A DNA stretch of 64,000 nucleotides from Candidatus Bathyarchaeota archaeon (lineage in GTDB: Archaea; Thermoproteota; Bathyarchaeia; Bathyarchaeales; Bathycorpusculaceae): the NCBI GenBank assembly GCA_963715865.1, contig OY970280.1:224001-288000 (forward strand), read 5' to 3'. Below the pieces are notes generated by a model, which saw nothing but the letters and a program-made list of their open reading frames with translations, searched no databases and was not told the origin of the DNA. Numbering within the stretch: position 1 is the stretch's first letter; every line of letters begins with the position of its first letter. This document shows, piece by piece, positions 20,081 to 29,698 of this stretch. Both the position numbers and the translations under genes were made by a program.

Positions 20081-20241
20081 TTTCAGATTTGTCAGTAATC
20101 GAAAAGTACTCTACTTCTGAATTCGTCTTTGGAATCATTAGTATGGCGAATAAGTCCGAAGACAAATATCACAAGTACCATGGAAGTGAGATACACAAAG
20201 CAGATATTCTCTTCTAATAATAACCTGTTGATTGAACTGAT

Positions 20242-21369
20242 ATGTCTGGCTCGAGCATCGATGAGGTTTACAAGAGATATGAGTTTAACAAGACTGAACC
20301 CGAGACATTGATGGGGCTGGTCAAGCAAGCTATACAAACAGGTGACGGGGTAAAAGATGAACTGAAGAGATTCAGAGAGATCACAGAAAAAGTGGCAAAG
20401 CTTTTGGAGAAGAAGGGGGTCTTCAGAGTCTTGGACCCCTCGAAAATTGAGAACATAGAGTTCTTCCGAAATGTTTGCGCCGTTGGAATAGACGGAAGTC
20501 TTCAACCAATCGAAGGATTTGGCGGTTATTGGTTCGTACCTACAAGCTGTGCGAGAGTAACATTCGAGAAGGGTCCGAACTCCGCTACCAAAGTCGACGT
20601 CACAGCAAATATCGAGAAAATAAAAGAACATGATTACTATGGCGTTGGCGGTGAAGCCGAACTCCGTATGATGAAATCGGAGACAAAGGCGATAATGGAT
20701 TGGGCAGAGCAGCATGATGCTTCTATTAGAAGTATTATGTTTATCGATGGACCAATCGTTGACCCCCCTAGCGTTGTTGACAAAGATTACGTTAAATACA
20801 GGTGCAAAGCACTGGAAAAATGTATCAAGAAGAACATTCTAGTTATTGGATGTGTAAAAAGGATGAAAGCCAGTATATTGTTGGATTTCATTATGAAAAA
20901 CGTTTTCAAAAACGAAACCAACATGGACCTCAAAGAAAGGTTCGCTTGGGACCTTAATTTGGTAACGGCAATATTTACCAAACTCGTTGTTGAAGGAGCT
21001 AAAGGAGTCTTGAGCACTGTCCCAATCTGTGTCAGCGAGACAGATGCGGCACAAAAAGCGTACCGTGATCAAGGTATTATTGTAAATTCCCTTTATATCC
21101 AGAAAGATCCCACAGGTCGACCAATAAGAGTGGACTTCCCAATTCTGAAGAGTTGCGAGGAAAGTATTGAAGCGATAGGGGAAAAAATCATAAGTACCGT
21201 ATACGCATGGTCGTATCCTGGCATGGACATTCCACTGCCAGTTTTCTTGGCTCATAACAAATGTGAAGTCAGAAAAGGATGTGCTGATGTTTTGTACGCC
21301 GAAATAATTACGCGTTCAAAAAGTAAAGACCCATTTGAAAACATATTAAACGAAAAACTGAAGAGGTGA
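20242..21369 (+). CDS. NurA-family nuclease
   Basis: AVGIDGS, FIDGP, GCVKR and PLPVFLAHN motifs. Confidence 0.85.
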   Translation: MSGSSIDEVYKRYEFNKTEPETLMGLVKQAIQTGDGVKDELKRFREITEKVAKLLEKKGVFRVLDPSKIENIEFFRNVCAVGIDGSLQPIEGFGGYWFVPTSCARVTFEKGPNSATKVDVTANIEKIKEHDYYGVGGEAELRMMKSETKAIMDWAEQHDASIRSIMFIDGPIVDPPSVVDKDYVKYRCKALEKCIKKNILVIGCVKRMKASILLDFIMKNVFKNETNMDLKERFAWDLNLVTAIFTKLVVEGAKGVLSTVPICVSETDAAQKAYRDQGIIVNSLYIQKDPTGRPIRVDFPILKSCEESIEAIGEKIISTVYAWSYPGMDIPLPVFLAHNKCEVRKGCADVLYAEIITRSKSKDPFENILNEKLKR

Positions 21370-21374
21370 GTTGA

Positions 21375-23018
21375 TTGGTCAGTAGAAATCCTATAGGTGT
21401 GGTTCTAACAGGGGCAACAACCCAAAAAGCAGCGTGCCAACTTTTCGAATCTTCAGAAAGAGGCGGTGTCAGAGAAGGGAAATTCCTCCTGATTGAAAGC
21501 ATGCCAGGCAAGCGACAAATAATGGTTCGAGTGGCCTCCATCGTTCCTCAAAACGATTTCTACAGTCCAGGCGATGCTTGGACTGAGGCTCGAAGAAAAC
21601 AAGTAGAGATACCTGGCCAACTCGCAAGACAGTACGAAATTTGCGAGCTCGATTTACTTGCTGAGATGCCAGGGGCCAAGCCAATCGTAGTTCCACCTTT
21701 TCCAAATGACAAGATCTACGAAATGAAATTACCAGAAGAGGCTGAGAACGTATTCGGAGTGTCTAACAAGAGTCAAGGGATAATATGGTATGGAACTATG
21801 ACCGGTTATCAAAACGCGCCCATTCCTCTTAATGTCGAAAGCATACCAATGCACATTGGAATTTTTGGAACTACAGGTAGTGGAAAATCATATGATACTG
21901 GAGCTTTGATAGAAAAGCTTGTTACGATCTATGATAAAGAGGACAGAATTCTTTCATTTCCGATTCTTGTAATTGACGCTAACGGCGACTATCTTGATTA
22001 TGTCAAGTTCTTTGAAGATCACGAGAGGTTCGGTGCGGCATCAGCAGTCACGAGGTATGTCTTTCCCGGTTCTCCAGAGCTAAGTAAGATAAATGTAAGG
22101 CCTATAGCCATAGATTTGAATCTCATGTCGAAACGGGAGATAGCTGAAGCTATTAATCTCTACTATTCGGGAGGAGAGAAAACGGAGCTCCAAGTGTCTG
22201 GGTTGGAGAAACTGTTTGCTCATATGGAAGATACATCTCTAATATCGGAGGGAAACTACCAGAGCATCTTTACTGACGATGATAGGTTTGAAGATGCTAA
22301 AGGGGCTCTTGCTAACCTGAGTCTTCATTCCGGAACTGTGGCTGCAGTTCTGCGTGCTCTTGAAAAATTCAAGGAAGTTGAAGACAGTTATAGTCTTCTG
22401 TCAGAGGCGCTAAAGCTTGATAGAAACTTCGTGGATACCCTTACAAAGAATCGTGAAATTGCCATAATAGACTTTTCTGCTGCAGGGGCTCCGGGAGTTG
22501 ATCCCCGACTTAAACAATTCGTGATGTCTTATTTGGCTTCCATTCTTTTTAGGGTATTCACGGAGTACAAGATGGAAGGTCAAGAACGGTATATGCTATT
22601 CATAATAGAGGAGGCTCAGAACTATTGTCCCAATCTTTCGACCTACAACATCGGATATAGTCTTGCTCGCGAGAAACTGGCAGCTATAGCCACGCAGGGC
22701 CGTAAGTTCGGGCTCAGTCTCTGCCTCATTTCCCAAAGACCATCTTTTGTTGATCAGGTCGTTTTGTCAATGTGTAACAGTTTCTTTCTGCACAGAATCT
22801 CGCCAGAGGATGTCTCATTCGTGAAGAGGGTTACAGGAGGCTTACCTTTATCGTTGGAGCGGAGGCTGACTATTCTCGCCAATGGTGAGCTCATAGTGAG
22901 CGGGCAGATGCTGACACTGCCATTTCCAATGCTTATTAAAGTCCCTCCGAGAGAAGTCCCGCAGACTACTGGCAAAACCGACGTTTTAGGTGCTTTGAGG
23001 AGTCTGGCTACAAAATGA
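21375..23018 (+). CDS. HerA-like ATPase/DNA translocase
   Basis: N-terminal HAS-barrel-like region, HIGIFGTTGSGKS, FIIEEAQNY and QGRKFG....ISQRPS. Confidence 0.92.
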   Translation: MVSRNPIGVVLTGATTQKAACQLFESSERGGVREGKFLLIESMPGKRQIMVRVASIVPQNDFYSPGDAWTEARRKQVEIPGQLARQYEICELDLLAEMPGAKPIVVPPFPNDKIYEMKLPEEAENVFGVSNKSQGIIWYGTMTGYQNAPIPLNVESIPMHIGIFGTTGSGKSYDTGALIEKLVTIYDKEDRILSFPILVIDANGDYLDYVKFFEDHERFGAASAVTRYVFPGSPELSKINVRPIAIDLNLMSKREIAEAINLYYSGGEKTELQVSGLEKLFAHMEDTSLISEGNYQSIFTDDDRFEDAKGALANLSLHSGTVAAVLRALEKFKEVEDSYSLLSEALKLDRNFVDTLTKNREIAIIDFSAAGAPGVDPRLKQFVMSYLASILFRVFTEYKMEGQERYMLFIIEEAQNYCPNLSTYNIGYSLAREKLAAIATQGRKFGLSLCLISQRPSFVDQVVLSMCNSFFLHRISPEDVSFVKRVTGGLPLSLERRLTILANGELIVSGQMLTLPFPMLIKVPPREVPQTTGKTDVLGALRSLATK

Positions 23019-26000
23019 GTGAGAAAAGTGATAAAATCGGTTCCATGTATTCCAGACTCCCAACGGGCCCTGGAGTTCCCACCGCAAGTCTCACAGGCTT
23101 TTCGTTCGCGATTATTGAAAGCAGAAAACCTGTGGAGAAACAGCTACGAGATTTCATGACTTTTTGCAGAAGAGATGCGCTATCGGTTAACGTTAAGATT
23201 CTGAAAGCTGAATGGGGCGAAGGAAAAACTGATGCATACGAACGGTATATTCATCCAGAAGCCGAGACGAGCGGAGATGCTTGCTATTTCGCATCGACAT
23301 CAACTATTGCAGATAGAATAAACAGATTTCACGATATTTTCTCAACAACGAGCTATGTCCCAAGCTCAAAATTCCTTGCATCCGTTTTCGTATCGATAAT
23401 TGACGAGGCGACTCATCAAAAGATCGGCGTTAAGGGTTTTCCAAATGTTTTAGATTTCCAGAATGATCCACTAAAATTCATAGAAACAACTCTAGAGAAC
23501 CATCGAAGAATTGGCTGCAAAAAGATATTCGTCTTCATTGACGAATTTGAAGAACTGCTTATTCAAGATAGCAAAGTCCAAAAAGAAATAATTTCAGGGT
23601 TGAAGGAGCTCATTAATGGACAGTTGGGTCTTGTCCATGAAGGCGGGTCTAGTCAGGGAATGCTCCATTTCTTCATAGCTTGTACGCCATATGCGTACAT
23701 TCGAATCATGGAAGACGTCGAGCTTGCCCAGATTACTGGCTCAGTCAAGTCTCGGTTGACAACACTGACCTTACCTGAAGTTACTCATAAAGAGGCGTTG
23801 CAGTTCCTAATAGACTTAACCAGATACAGTTATGGTGACATTCTGCCCGAAGCCTTTCCCTTCCGTAGTCTGGGTCCTTTGAACGGCATATACGCTATTT
23901 CCCACGGTAACCTAAGAGAAATGATCAAACTCTTTGTCAAGCTTATGTCAACTGCGGCAGATGAGAAAACCAAACAGTTTCATCTGATTGATGCAAATCA
24001 CTTTGTGTCATCATTAAGAGATGAGGATATTTCAGTTTATGGAGCCAGCGGAAAAGCCATAGATGATGAGTTACTAGATAAGGTAAATGTTAATCTGAAG
24101 AGAATCAGCAGAGGAGAAGAGTGCTTAGCCGTTTTTAACCTGCTAATGGGTGAATACCAGCCCTTCAACATCGACGAGATGGGCAAAAGATTGGGGCTCC
24201 CGAAAGACGAAATTCATCAACTTGTCTCCGCTGTAAACACGGAACTGCAAAAGATGGGGATAGACAAGGCAATTTCGGCACTTTTTCCTCTTAATGAGGG
24301 AAAGACGTTCGAGACAGTCAAGAATCGACTTCAGATTGTTCAAGACCGTATAATCATCGGAAACGCGAAGATCCCAATTAAGAAATTCAAGGAGAAGCTT
24401 TTTGCCTACACATTTCATGCAGATGGAAAACTTTCAGAGACTCTTCTGCTTCCCAAGGAGCCAAGAGATCTTGAATTGCTGTTTGAGAATATCACCGAAG
24501 AAGAGACCGGAGAACTCACGTCAGAAGAGGCTGAAAAACTGCATCATGCAATAAAGGAAGACTTTGATCAAGCGGCGGCAAAACGGTATTACGTATTATC
24601 TCAAGACATAATTAATCAAGTTTTTCCGTCTCCCTTGTGGTTACTGATGGACTTCGTAAAAGACAGAGCAAAAAGGATGGATCTATGGCGAAAGGCGAGT
24701 AAAGAATATTTTGAGTCTGTCAAGGAATTAAGAACTGGACTGCTAAGTCTAATTGAACATAACGGTATCGGCAAGTTCGAATCGAAAGAGACCAATGGAG
24801 GGAAATACTACAAATTTGATTATGAACTTCAAGACAAGGCAATTCCAATTTCTGCATACGCATATGTTAGCGCTGGCAACATTACTGAACAAGATATTGA
24901 AGAGATACGTGATGACGTGAAGAGCCGTAGACCCAATCTCGTTCTTCTGGTCTACAGTGGTGAAATTGATGCAAATTTGCCAACAGAAATCGGGGGCATC
25001 GAAACACCTATTCTCCAGATTCATTTGAGAAAAATTAGAGCCCTTCAACTAATAGTTGCTCAACTAGCTCGCCCTCTCACGGAAATCGACCCGAAAATCT
25101 TGGAAAAGAGGTTTGCTGAAGTATCCGATGAGGCTGAAATTCAGAAGAGATTCGCTGAGTGGTACAATAAATGCACGAGTGAAGGAATCGTTGTTGATGA
25201 TCCTTACACGAATTACGCTGATAGCGGTGGCAAGCTCGCTGGAATATTAAAATACTACATCAATTTCTTGGGTGAAAGAAAAACATCTTCAGAAGTCTTT
25301 GAAGATTACGAAAAAACTCTTAAGAACATCAAATTCTTCGGTGACAAGGAAGTTCCTTTTGCCCCCGTTGATATAGAAACTACAGGCGAATTTACAAAGT
25401 TCGAGGATGAACTGGTTAGAAACGGCTTTCTATCCAAGCAGAGTGCGGGTACAGTTTGCGTTGAGAATACACCCGTTGAACTGCGGATCACGTCAATTAC
25501 CAAGAGATATCCAAAGGTGGAAGTCAAGCAACTTAAGCAGTTTTTCATAAATGCTGCCCAAGCTGAAAGCGTACTTGAAAGAGTTTACCTTCCGATCTTG
25601 ATTCACAAAGGTGTCCTTACTATTGATGAGGACAACATAATTAAGAAAGAACCACAGCTGCTGCGAAAAGAATTGGAGAACGATTTTGCTACATATGAGG
25701 CAAATGCGAGAAGCAAGTCTAACAGCTGGAAAAGCTTCGCGCATATTTGTGTATCAAAGGGGCGGAAAGAAGAAAAGGGAATGATAATCATTGACCTTAG
25801 CTACGTAGACCAGTTGCTCAGATACAAGAAGAAAGAAATTGACGATGAACATGACGAGAACCTCTTGCTTCAAAAGATTCAACTATTCAAACTTATCATG
25901 AACTATTATTATGAAAAACTGGAACCCAAGATAGACATTGCGATAGCGGCTGCGAGTCAGCTAAAGAGAGAAACACACTCTGAAACAGAATCATTGAAAA

Positions 26001-27298
26001 ACGCGCTGAACAAGGTACTAGAAACCTACAACTCTTATTGTCAAGACAAGACCTATTCTTTGGAAGAGATTGAAGAATACAGCAAAATTTTGGGACACAA
26101 AAAGGACGTGGATGCCACATTTGACCAAACATTTTCCATTGATGAGCTAAATCGATACCGCAACCAAGTTAAGTGGGAGGAATATCATTTCGGTCGAGAC
26201 GCGAGAGAAGCCCACTACTTCAACCTGAAGTTTGCAATGCTTGAGAAATCCCGCCATGAACTGACTAGCGCCATTGGTGCAATCAGCACTGTAATTACAG
26301 AAGCTCAAGATCTGATTTCCAGAACAGAGGAACTAAAAAAGCAAATACACAAAGAATCATCAGTGTACAAGATACCCGCCAACTACAAAATCAGCACGAA
26401 AATTCTTGATGAACTGCATAAATACCATGCTAAACCGGCACACGCTCAGTCAGCATTGCCAAGGATTCGGGTTGGCATGATGAAAGAGTTTTTCAGTTCG
26501 CTCGAGAAGCAGTTGGGTCGAGATCAGTCTCGAGTTCAAGGTGTACTCGAGAAAGCTGAAGAGGTTAGAAAATCTGAGAAAGCCTTTCTTGAAAGCGAAT
26601 TACAGGCGTGCGTAGAAAACGCGCGAAAGTTCTTCCAGATTCCTTACGAAGAAAAATTCAAGAATGTGGAAGATTCGCTGAAATTGGCCACTGAAGAGTA
26701 CACAGAGTTGTGCGCGCAGACCGCAGAGAAATCACTAAAATCCCTTGACGATCTTTACCAGCTAGCTAACTCTGCAGGAAAGAAGTTTAAGGATTCAATA
26801 AACGAAAAAATGATTCAAGCTGAGAATGCTATTGGCCAAGTTTTTGACGAAGCAGAGAGAGGCTTGGAGAAGGTTCGGAACGAAGTTGACAGTTTCGCCA
26901 GAGTTCTCAAAAATGCATTTGGAGAAAAAGTGGCGCCTGTTTGCGAAAAATACGTTGAACATTTTGAAGATGAAATTAGGATCACACAAGGGGCGATACA
27001 AACTGTAAAACAAGGTCATGAGACAGGCTATACCTGGGCTGAGCGACAAAAGGATTTGGGCGAAGTGCGTGAGAAGTTCTTCAAAGATCTAAAACCTATA
27101 ATGCCCCCTCAAGAAGGAGCTATACTCTTGGAGATTGTGCGTATAATAAGTGAAAATCAATCTCAATGGATGAATGTGCAAGATCTTGTCTCCCAGTTAA
27201 AAGTACGACTTAGTAAATCCGACGAGGAAATCGAACAGACCTTAAAGAGACTGGTTGATTTGAATTTGGTAAGAACAGGTGCCTCGTTGCCGATATGA
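23015..27298 (+). CDS. Large P-loop (AAA+-like) ATPase with coiled coil and C-terminal winged helix
   Basis: Walker A AEWGEGKT and Walker B VFIDEFEE; helical C-terminal half; ATGA overlap with herA. Confidence 0.8.
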   Translation: MSEKSDKIGSMYSRLPTGPGVPTASLTGFSFAIIESRKPVEKQLRDFMTFCRRDALSVNVKILKAEWGEGKTDAYERYIHPEAETSGDACYFASTSTIADRINRFHDIFSTTSYVPSSKFLASVFVSIIDEATHQKIGVKGFPNVLDFQNDPLKFIETTLENHRRIGCKKIFVFIDEFEELLIQDSKVQKEIISGLKELINGQLGLVHEGGSSQGMLHFFIACTPYAYIRIMEDVELAQITGSVKSRLTTLTLPEVTHKEALQFLIDLTRYSYGDILPEAFPFRSLGPLNGIYAISHGNLREMIKLFVKLMSTAADEKTKQFHLIDANHFVSSLRDEDISVYGASGKAIDDELLDKVNVNLKRISRGEECLAVFNLLMGEYQPFNIDEMGKRLGLPKDEIHQLVSAVNTELQKMGIDKAISALFPLNEGKTFETVKNRLQIVQDRIIIGNAKIPIKKFKEKLFAYTFHADGKLSETLLLPKEPRDLELLFENITEEETGELTSEEAEKLHHAIKEDFDQAAAKRYYVLSQDIINQVFPSPLWLLMDFVKDRAKRMDLWRKASKEYFESVKELRTGLLSLIEHNGIGKFESKETNGGKYYKFDYELQDKAIPISAYAYVSAGNITEQDIEEIRDDVKSRRPNLVLLVYSGEIDANLPTEIGGIETPILQIHLRKIRALQLIVAQLARPLTEIDPKILEKRFAEVSDEAEIQKRFAEWYNKCTSEGIVVDDPYTNYADSGGKLAGILKYYINFLGERKTSSEVFEDYEKTLKNIKFFGDKEVPFAPVDIETTGEFTKFEDELVRNGFLSKQSAGTVCVENTPVELRITSITKRYPKVEVKQLKQFFINAAQAESVLERVYLPILIHKGVLTIDEDNIIKKEPQLLRKELENDFATYEANARSKSNSWKSFAHICVSKGRKEEKGMIIIDLSYVDQLLRYKKKEIDDEHDENLLLQKIQLFKLIMNYYYEKLEPKIDIAIAAASQLKRETHSETESLKNALNKVLETYNSYCQDKTYSLEEIEEYSKILGHKKDVDATFDQTFSIDELNRYRNQVKWEEYHFGRDAREAHYFNLKFAMLEKSRHELTSAIGAISTVITEAQDLISRTEELKKQIHKESSVYKIPANYKISTKILDELHKYHAKPAHAQSALPRIRVGMMKEFFSSLEKQLGRDQSRVQGVLEKAEEVRKSEKAFLESELQACVENARKFFQIPYEEKFKNVEDSLKLATEEYTELCAQTAEKSLKSLDDLYQLANSAGKKFKDSINEKMIQAENAIGQVFDEAERGLEKVRNEVDSFARVLKNAFGEKVAPVCEKYVEHFEDEIRITQGAIQTVKQGHETGYTWAERQKDLGEVREKFFKDLKPIMPPQEGAILLEIVRIISENQSQWMNVQDLVSQLKVRLSKSDEEIEQTLKRLVDLNLVRTGASLPI

Positions 27299-27448
27299 TT
27301 CATCGACCTCTTTGTGTTTCTTGAATCTTTGGCACAGGGTGTGAATCCGTGTTAGACGAAGGGCAAAGAGATAAGCTTATAGGAACATACTTGGTAATCC
27401 AGGAATAATGTTTCTTGGGTCATAAGGAAAAGTAAAAAGGGGACAAAT

Positions 27449-28225
27449 ATGAATAAAGCAGAGCTTTACGAGGCAATTTCGGCGAGAAAAGGGAATGGCG
27501 TGCAGATAAGACAGGAATTATGCTTTTATGACCCTGAAGATGTCTATAGAGGCTTAACATCCAACAACAAAATAATGAAATGGTTGAAATTCGTTTCAAA
27601 CCATTACTTACCTCCTTCGGACAAGAAAGTGCTTCTAATTTATCCGTGTTCGACCGAAAAACCATATCACGCATCACGATCATACAAGCGCTTGTTCAAG
27701 ACGTTAAATAACCTTGGAGACGAAAGACGGAGAATTCATGTGGTAACAATATCCGAACCGTTTGGTCTTGTACCCGAAGAGTTTTACGGCATAGAGAATC
27801 CGTGGCATGATTGGAAGAATGAATGGTATGACTGCCCGGGTCTCTTTGAATGGTGGTGTAGCAAGTATAAGCAAGCATACTCGCAAGAATTTCTCGACAA
27901 GAGCATAGAATGTCTGTCTGATTATGTTGCTAGATTTCTAACCAAGGTTCAGAAAAACAATTGCTATGAGGAAAAGATTGCATTTGTACGATCTTACACT
28001 GCACAGCTAAAAACCAAAAAAGATCATACTCACCGAAGAATTATTGAGCGGGCTGCTGCAATCTCAGATGTCAAGGTGAAAATCCTTCCCTCCAAAGATT
28101 TGGTATCAAAAATCGTCAGAAGCAATGGAAGTATGGCTTGGGACATGTATGGAGTATCCCATCCTTTGGCTCAAGAGTATCTTCTGAGATACTTGAAGGG
28201 GATCCTACATATTGAAACCAACTGA
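27449..28225 (+). CDS. Stand-alone DUF5591 / archaeosine synthase (ArcS)-like domain protein
   Basis: LLIYPCSTEKPYHASRSY, HVVTISEPFGLVPEE and YD motifs. Confidence 0.75.
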   Translation: MNKAELYEAISARKGNGVQIRQELCFYDPEDVYRGLTSNNKIMKWLKFVSNHYLPPSDKKVLLIYPCSTEKPYHASRSYKRLFKTLNNLGDERRRIHVVTISEPFGLVPEEFYGIENPWHDWKNEWYDCPGLFEWWCSKYKQAYSQEFLDKSIECLSDYVARFLTKVQKNNCYEEKIAFVRSYTAQLKTKKDHTHRRIIERAAAISDVKVKILPSKDLVSKIVRSNGSMAWDMYGVSHPLAQEYLLRYLKGILHIETN

Positions 28226-29237
28226 GACACCATTTCTTTTGCTGAGCCAACTTGTAAACGGTTCTCCAAAGCCATGGAAGCATTTCAAAATAGACGGGCT
28301 AATGGTTAATGCTTACGAAATTCTGCAGAAAAATAAAACTCACGAAACGGTCTGTAGAGAAGGGATTCATGAATATTTAGGATACCATGGGCGCGTAGGA
28401 ATGGACTCTGGTGGATTTCTATTTATGCGAAAGAAATCGTTGGGTGTCCATCCCCAACAAATCTTGGATCTATATGAATCTAGCAAGCCTAATTTGGCAG
28501 TGGTATTGGACCATCCGCTTGAACCTTGCCTATCTATGTCACAGAGAAAGAAGCGCCAACTGAAGACCTTAGAAAACACGATGTATATGCTAAGTTCCAG
28601 AACAAGTGAAAATCCGTTGCTTATGCCAGTTATTCATGGGTATTCTTTGCAGACAGTGAGATGGTACATAAGGGCACTTGCCAAAATAGGCGATTTTGAA
28701 ACGTATGGAATTGGAAGTCTGGTACCATCGGTATTTAATGCCAAGGGGATTGGAGGCATCTACAACGTTTTGAGAATTGTCTCCTATGTCAGAAAACTTC
28801 TCCCAAATAAGAAAATCCATGTCTTTGGAATTGGGAGTACATTAACAATGCATTTGATGTTTTATGTTGGTGCAAATTCCGTCGACAGCTCCGGTTGGAG
28901 AACAAAAGCAGCGTTCGGCGCTATTCAACTTCCTGGTATCGGTGACAGATACATAACCACGAGAGAAAGAAAAAAGAACTACAGGGATCTTTCTGAGGCT
29001 GATAAGGAGATTTTGGCTCAATGCCGTTGCCCTGTGTGTGAGAAAAAAGGATTGGAAAAACTGAGGACAAGCTTTGAGGATAGAGCCTTGCATAACTCGT
29101 GGGTTTTTCAGAAGGAAATCGAGAAAATTCGATTATTAACGAGAGAGGAGGCATATGAGAGTTATGTTGAGGAAGTTCTCACAAAGTCTTCCTTCTGTAG
29201 AGCCTTTGCTTTTGCCAAGCAAATCAAGAATTCCTAG
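28212..29237 (+). CDS. Queuine/archaeosine tRNA-guanine transglycosylase (TGT)-fold enzyme without PUA domain
   Basis: MDSGGF, VLDHP, IGSLVP, HVFG, SVDSSGW and the Zn site CRCPVC...HN. Confidence 0.88.
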   Translation: MKPTETPFLLLSQLVNGSPKPWKHFKIDGLMVNAYEILQKNKTHETVCREGIHEYLGYHGRVGMDSGGFLFMRKKSLGVHPQQILDLYESSKPNLAVVLDHPLEPCLSMSQRKKRQLKTLENTMYMLSSRTSENPLLMPVIHGYSLQTVRWYIRALAKIGDFETYGIGSLVPSVFNAKGIGGIYNVLRIVSYVRKLLPNKKIHVFGIGSTLTMHLMFYVGANSVDSSGWRTKAAFGAIQLPGIGDRYITTRERKKNYRDLSEADKEILAQCRCPVCEKKGLEKLRTSFEDRALHNSWVFQKEIEKIRLLTREEAYESYVEEVLTKSSFCRAFAFAKQIKNS

Positions 29238-29243
29238 AAATTT

Positions 29244-29648
29244 TCATTGCAGTATTTTCACCAATAATGAAGGGATAACATCTTTGAAAACAGAACCACC
29301 GACAACAAAAAAAGTCTTGGACTTAACTAAATTCTTGAAAGTATGTTGCCACGCTCTACGTGGAGTTTCAGTCAGCACTATAAGAGCAACAGCCTTGTTT
29401 TGCAATACATAATCTACTCCTCTTCGTTCCCATTTCTCATAGGAGTTACTCGTAAGGTTATGACCCAGTTCGGACTCTATCAGCAGCCCTCTTTCATTTG
29501 CTGGATTGATGATGTAGATGTCAGGACCGGTTTTGTGCTCTCTCGCTAAGTTGATTTCTTTTATTATATAGCCCAGCGACTCCGCCACGGCATAAGTATA
29601 ATCTAACGAGAAGTCATGAAGCGTTTGATGAGTATACGTATCGCTCAT
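29244..29648 (-). CDS. Small PD-(D/E)XK-like protein
   Basis: GPDIYI...LLIESE; convergent with the tgt-like gene. Confidence 0.5.
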   Translation of the reverse strand: MSDTYTHQTLHDFSLDYTYAVAESLGYIIKEINLAREHKTGPDIYIINPANERGLLIESELGHNLTSNSYEKWERRGVDYVLQNKAVALIVLTETPRRAWQHTFKNLVKSKTFFVVGGSVFKDVIPSLLVKILQ

Positions 29649-29698
29649 ATCTAATTTATATTGCGTTGTAGCTTTAAGTGGTTTCCCTTGATTAAATG

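Noticed and set aside
19935-20217. ORFs 19935-20165 (-) and 20017-20217 (+) as real genes
   Set aside because: They are by-products of the duplicated fba fragment and the junction.
20242-23018. Housekeeping HerA-NurA DNA-repair operon
   Set aside because: No mre11 or rad50 nearby; the genes are coupled to an unrelated ATPase and lie inside a repeat-bounded cassette.
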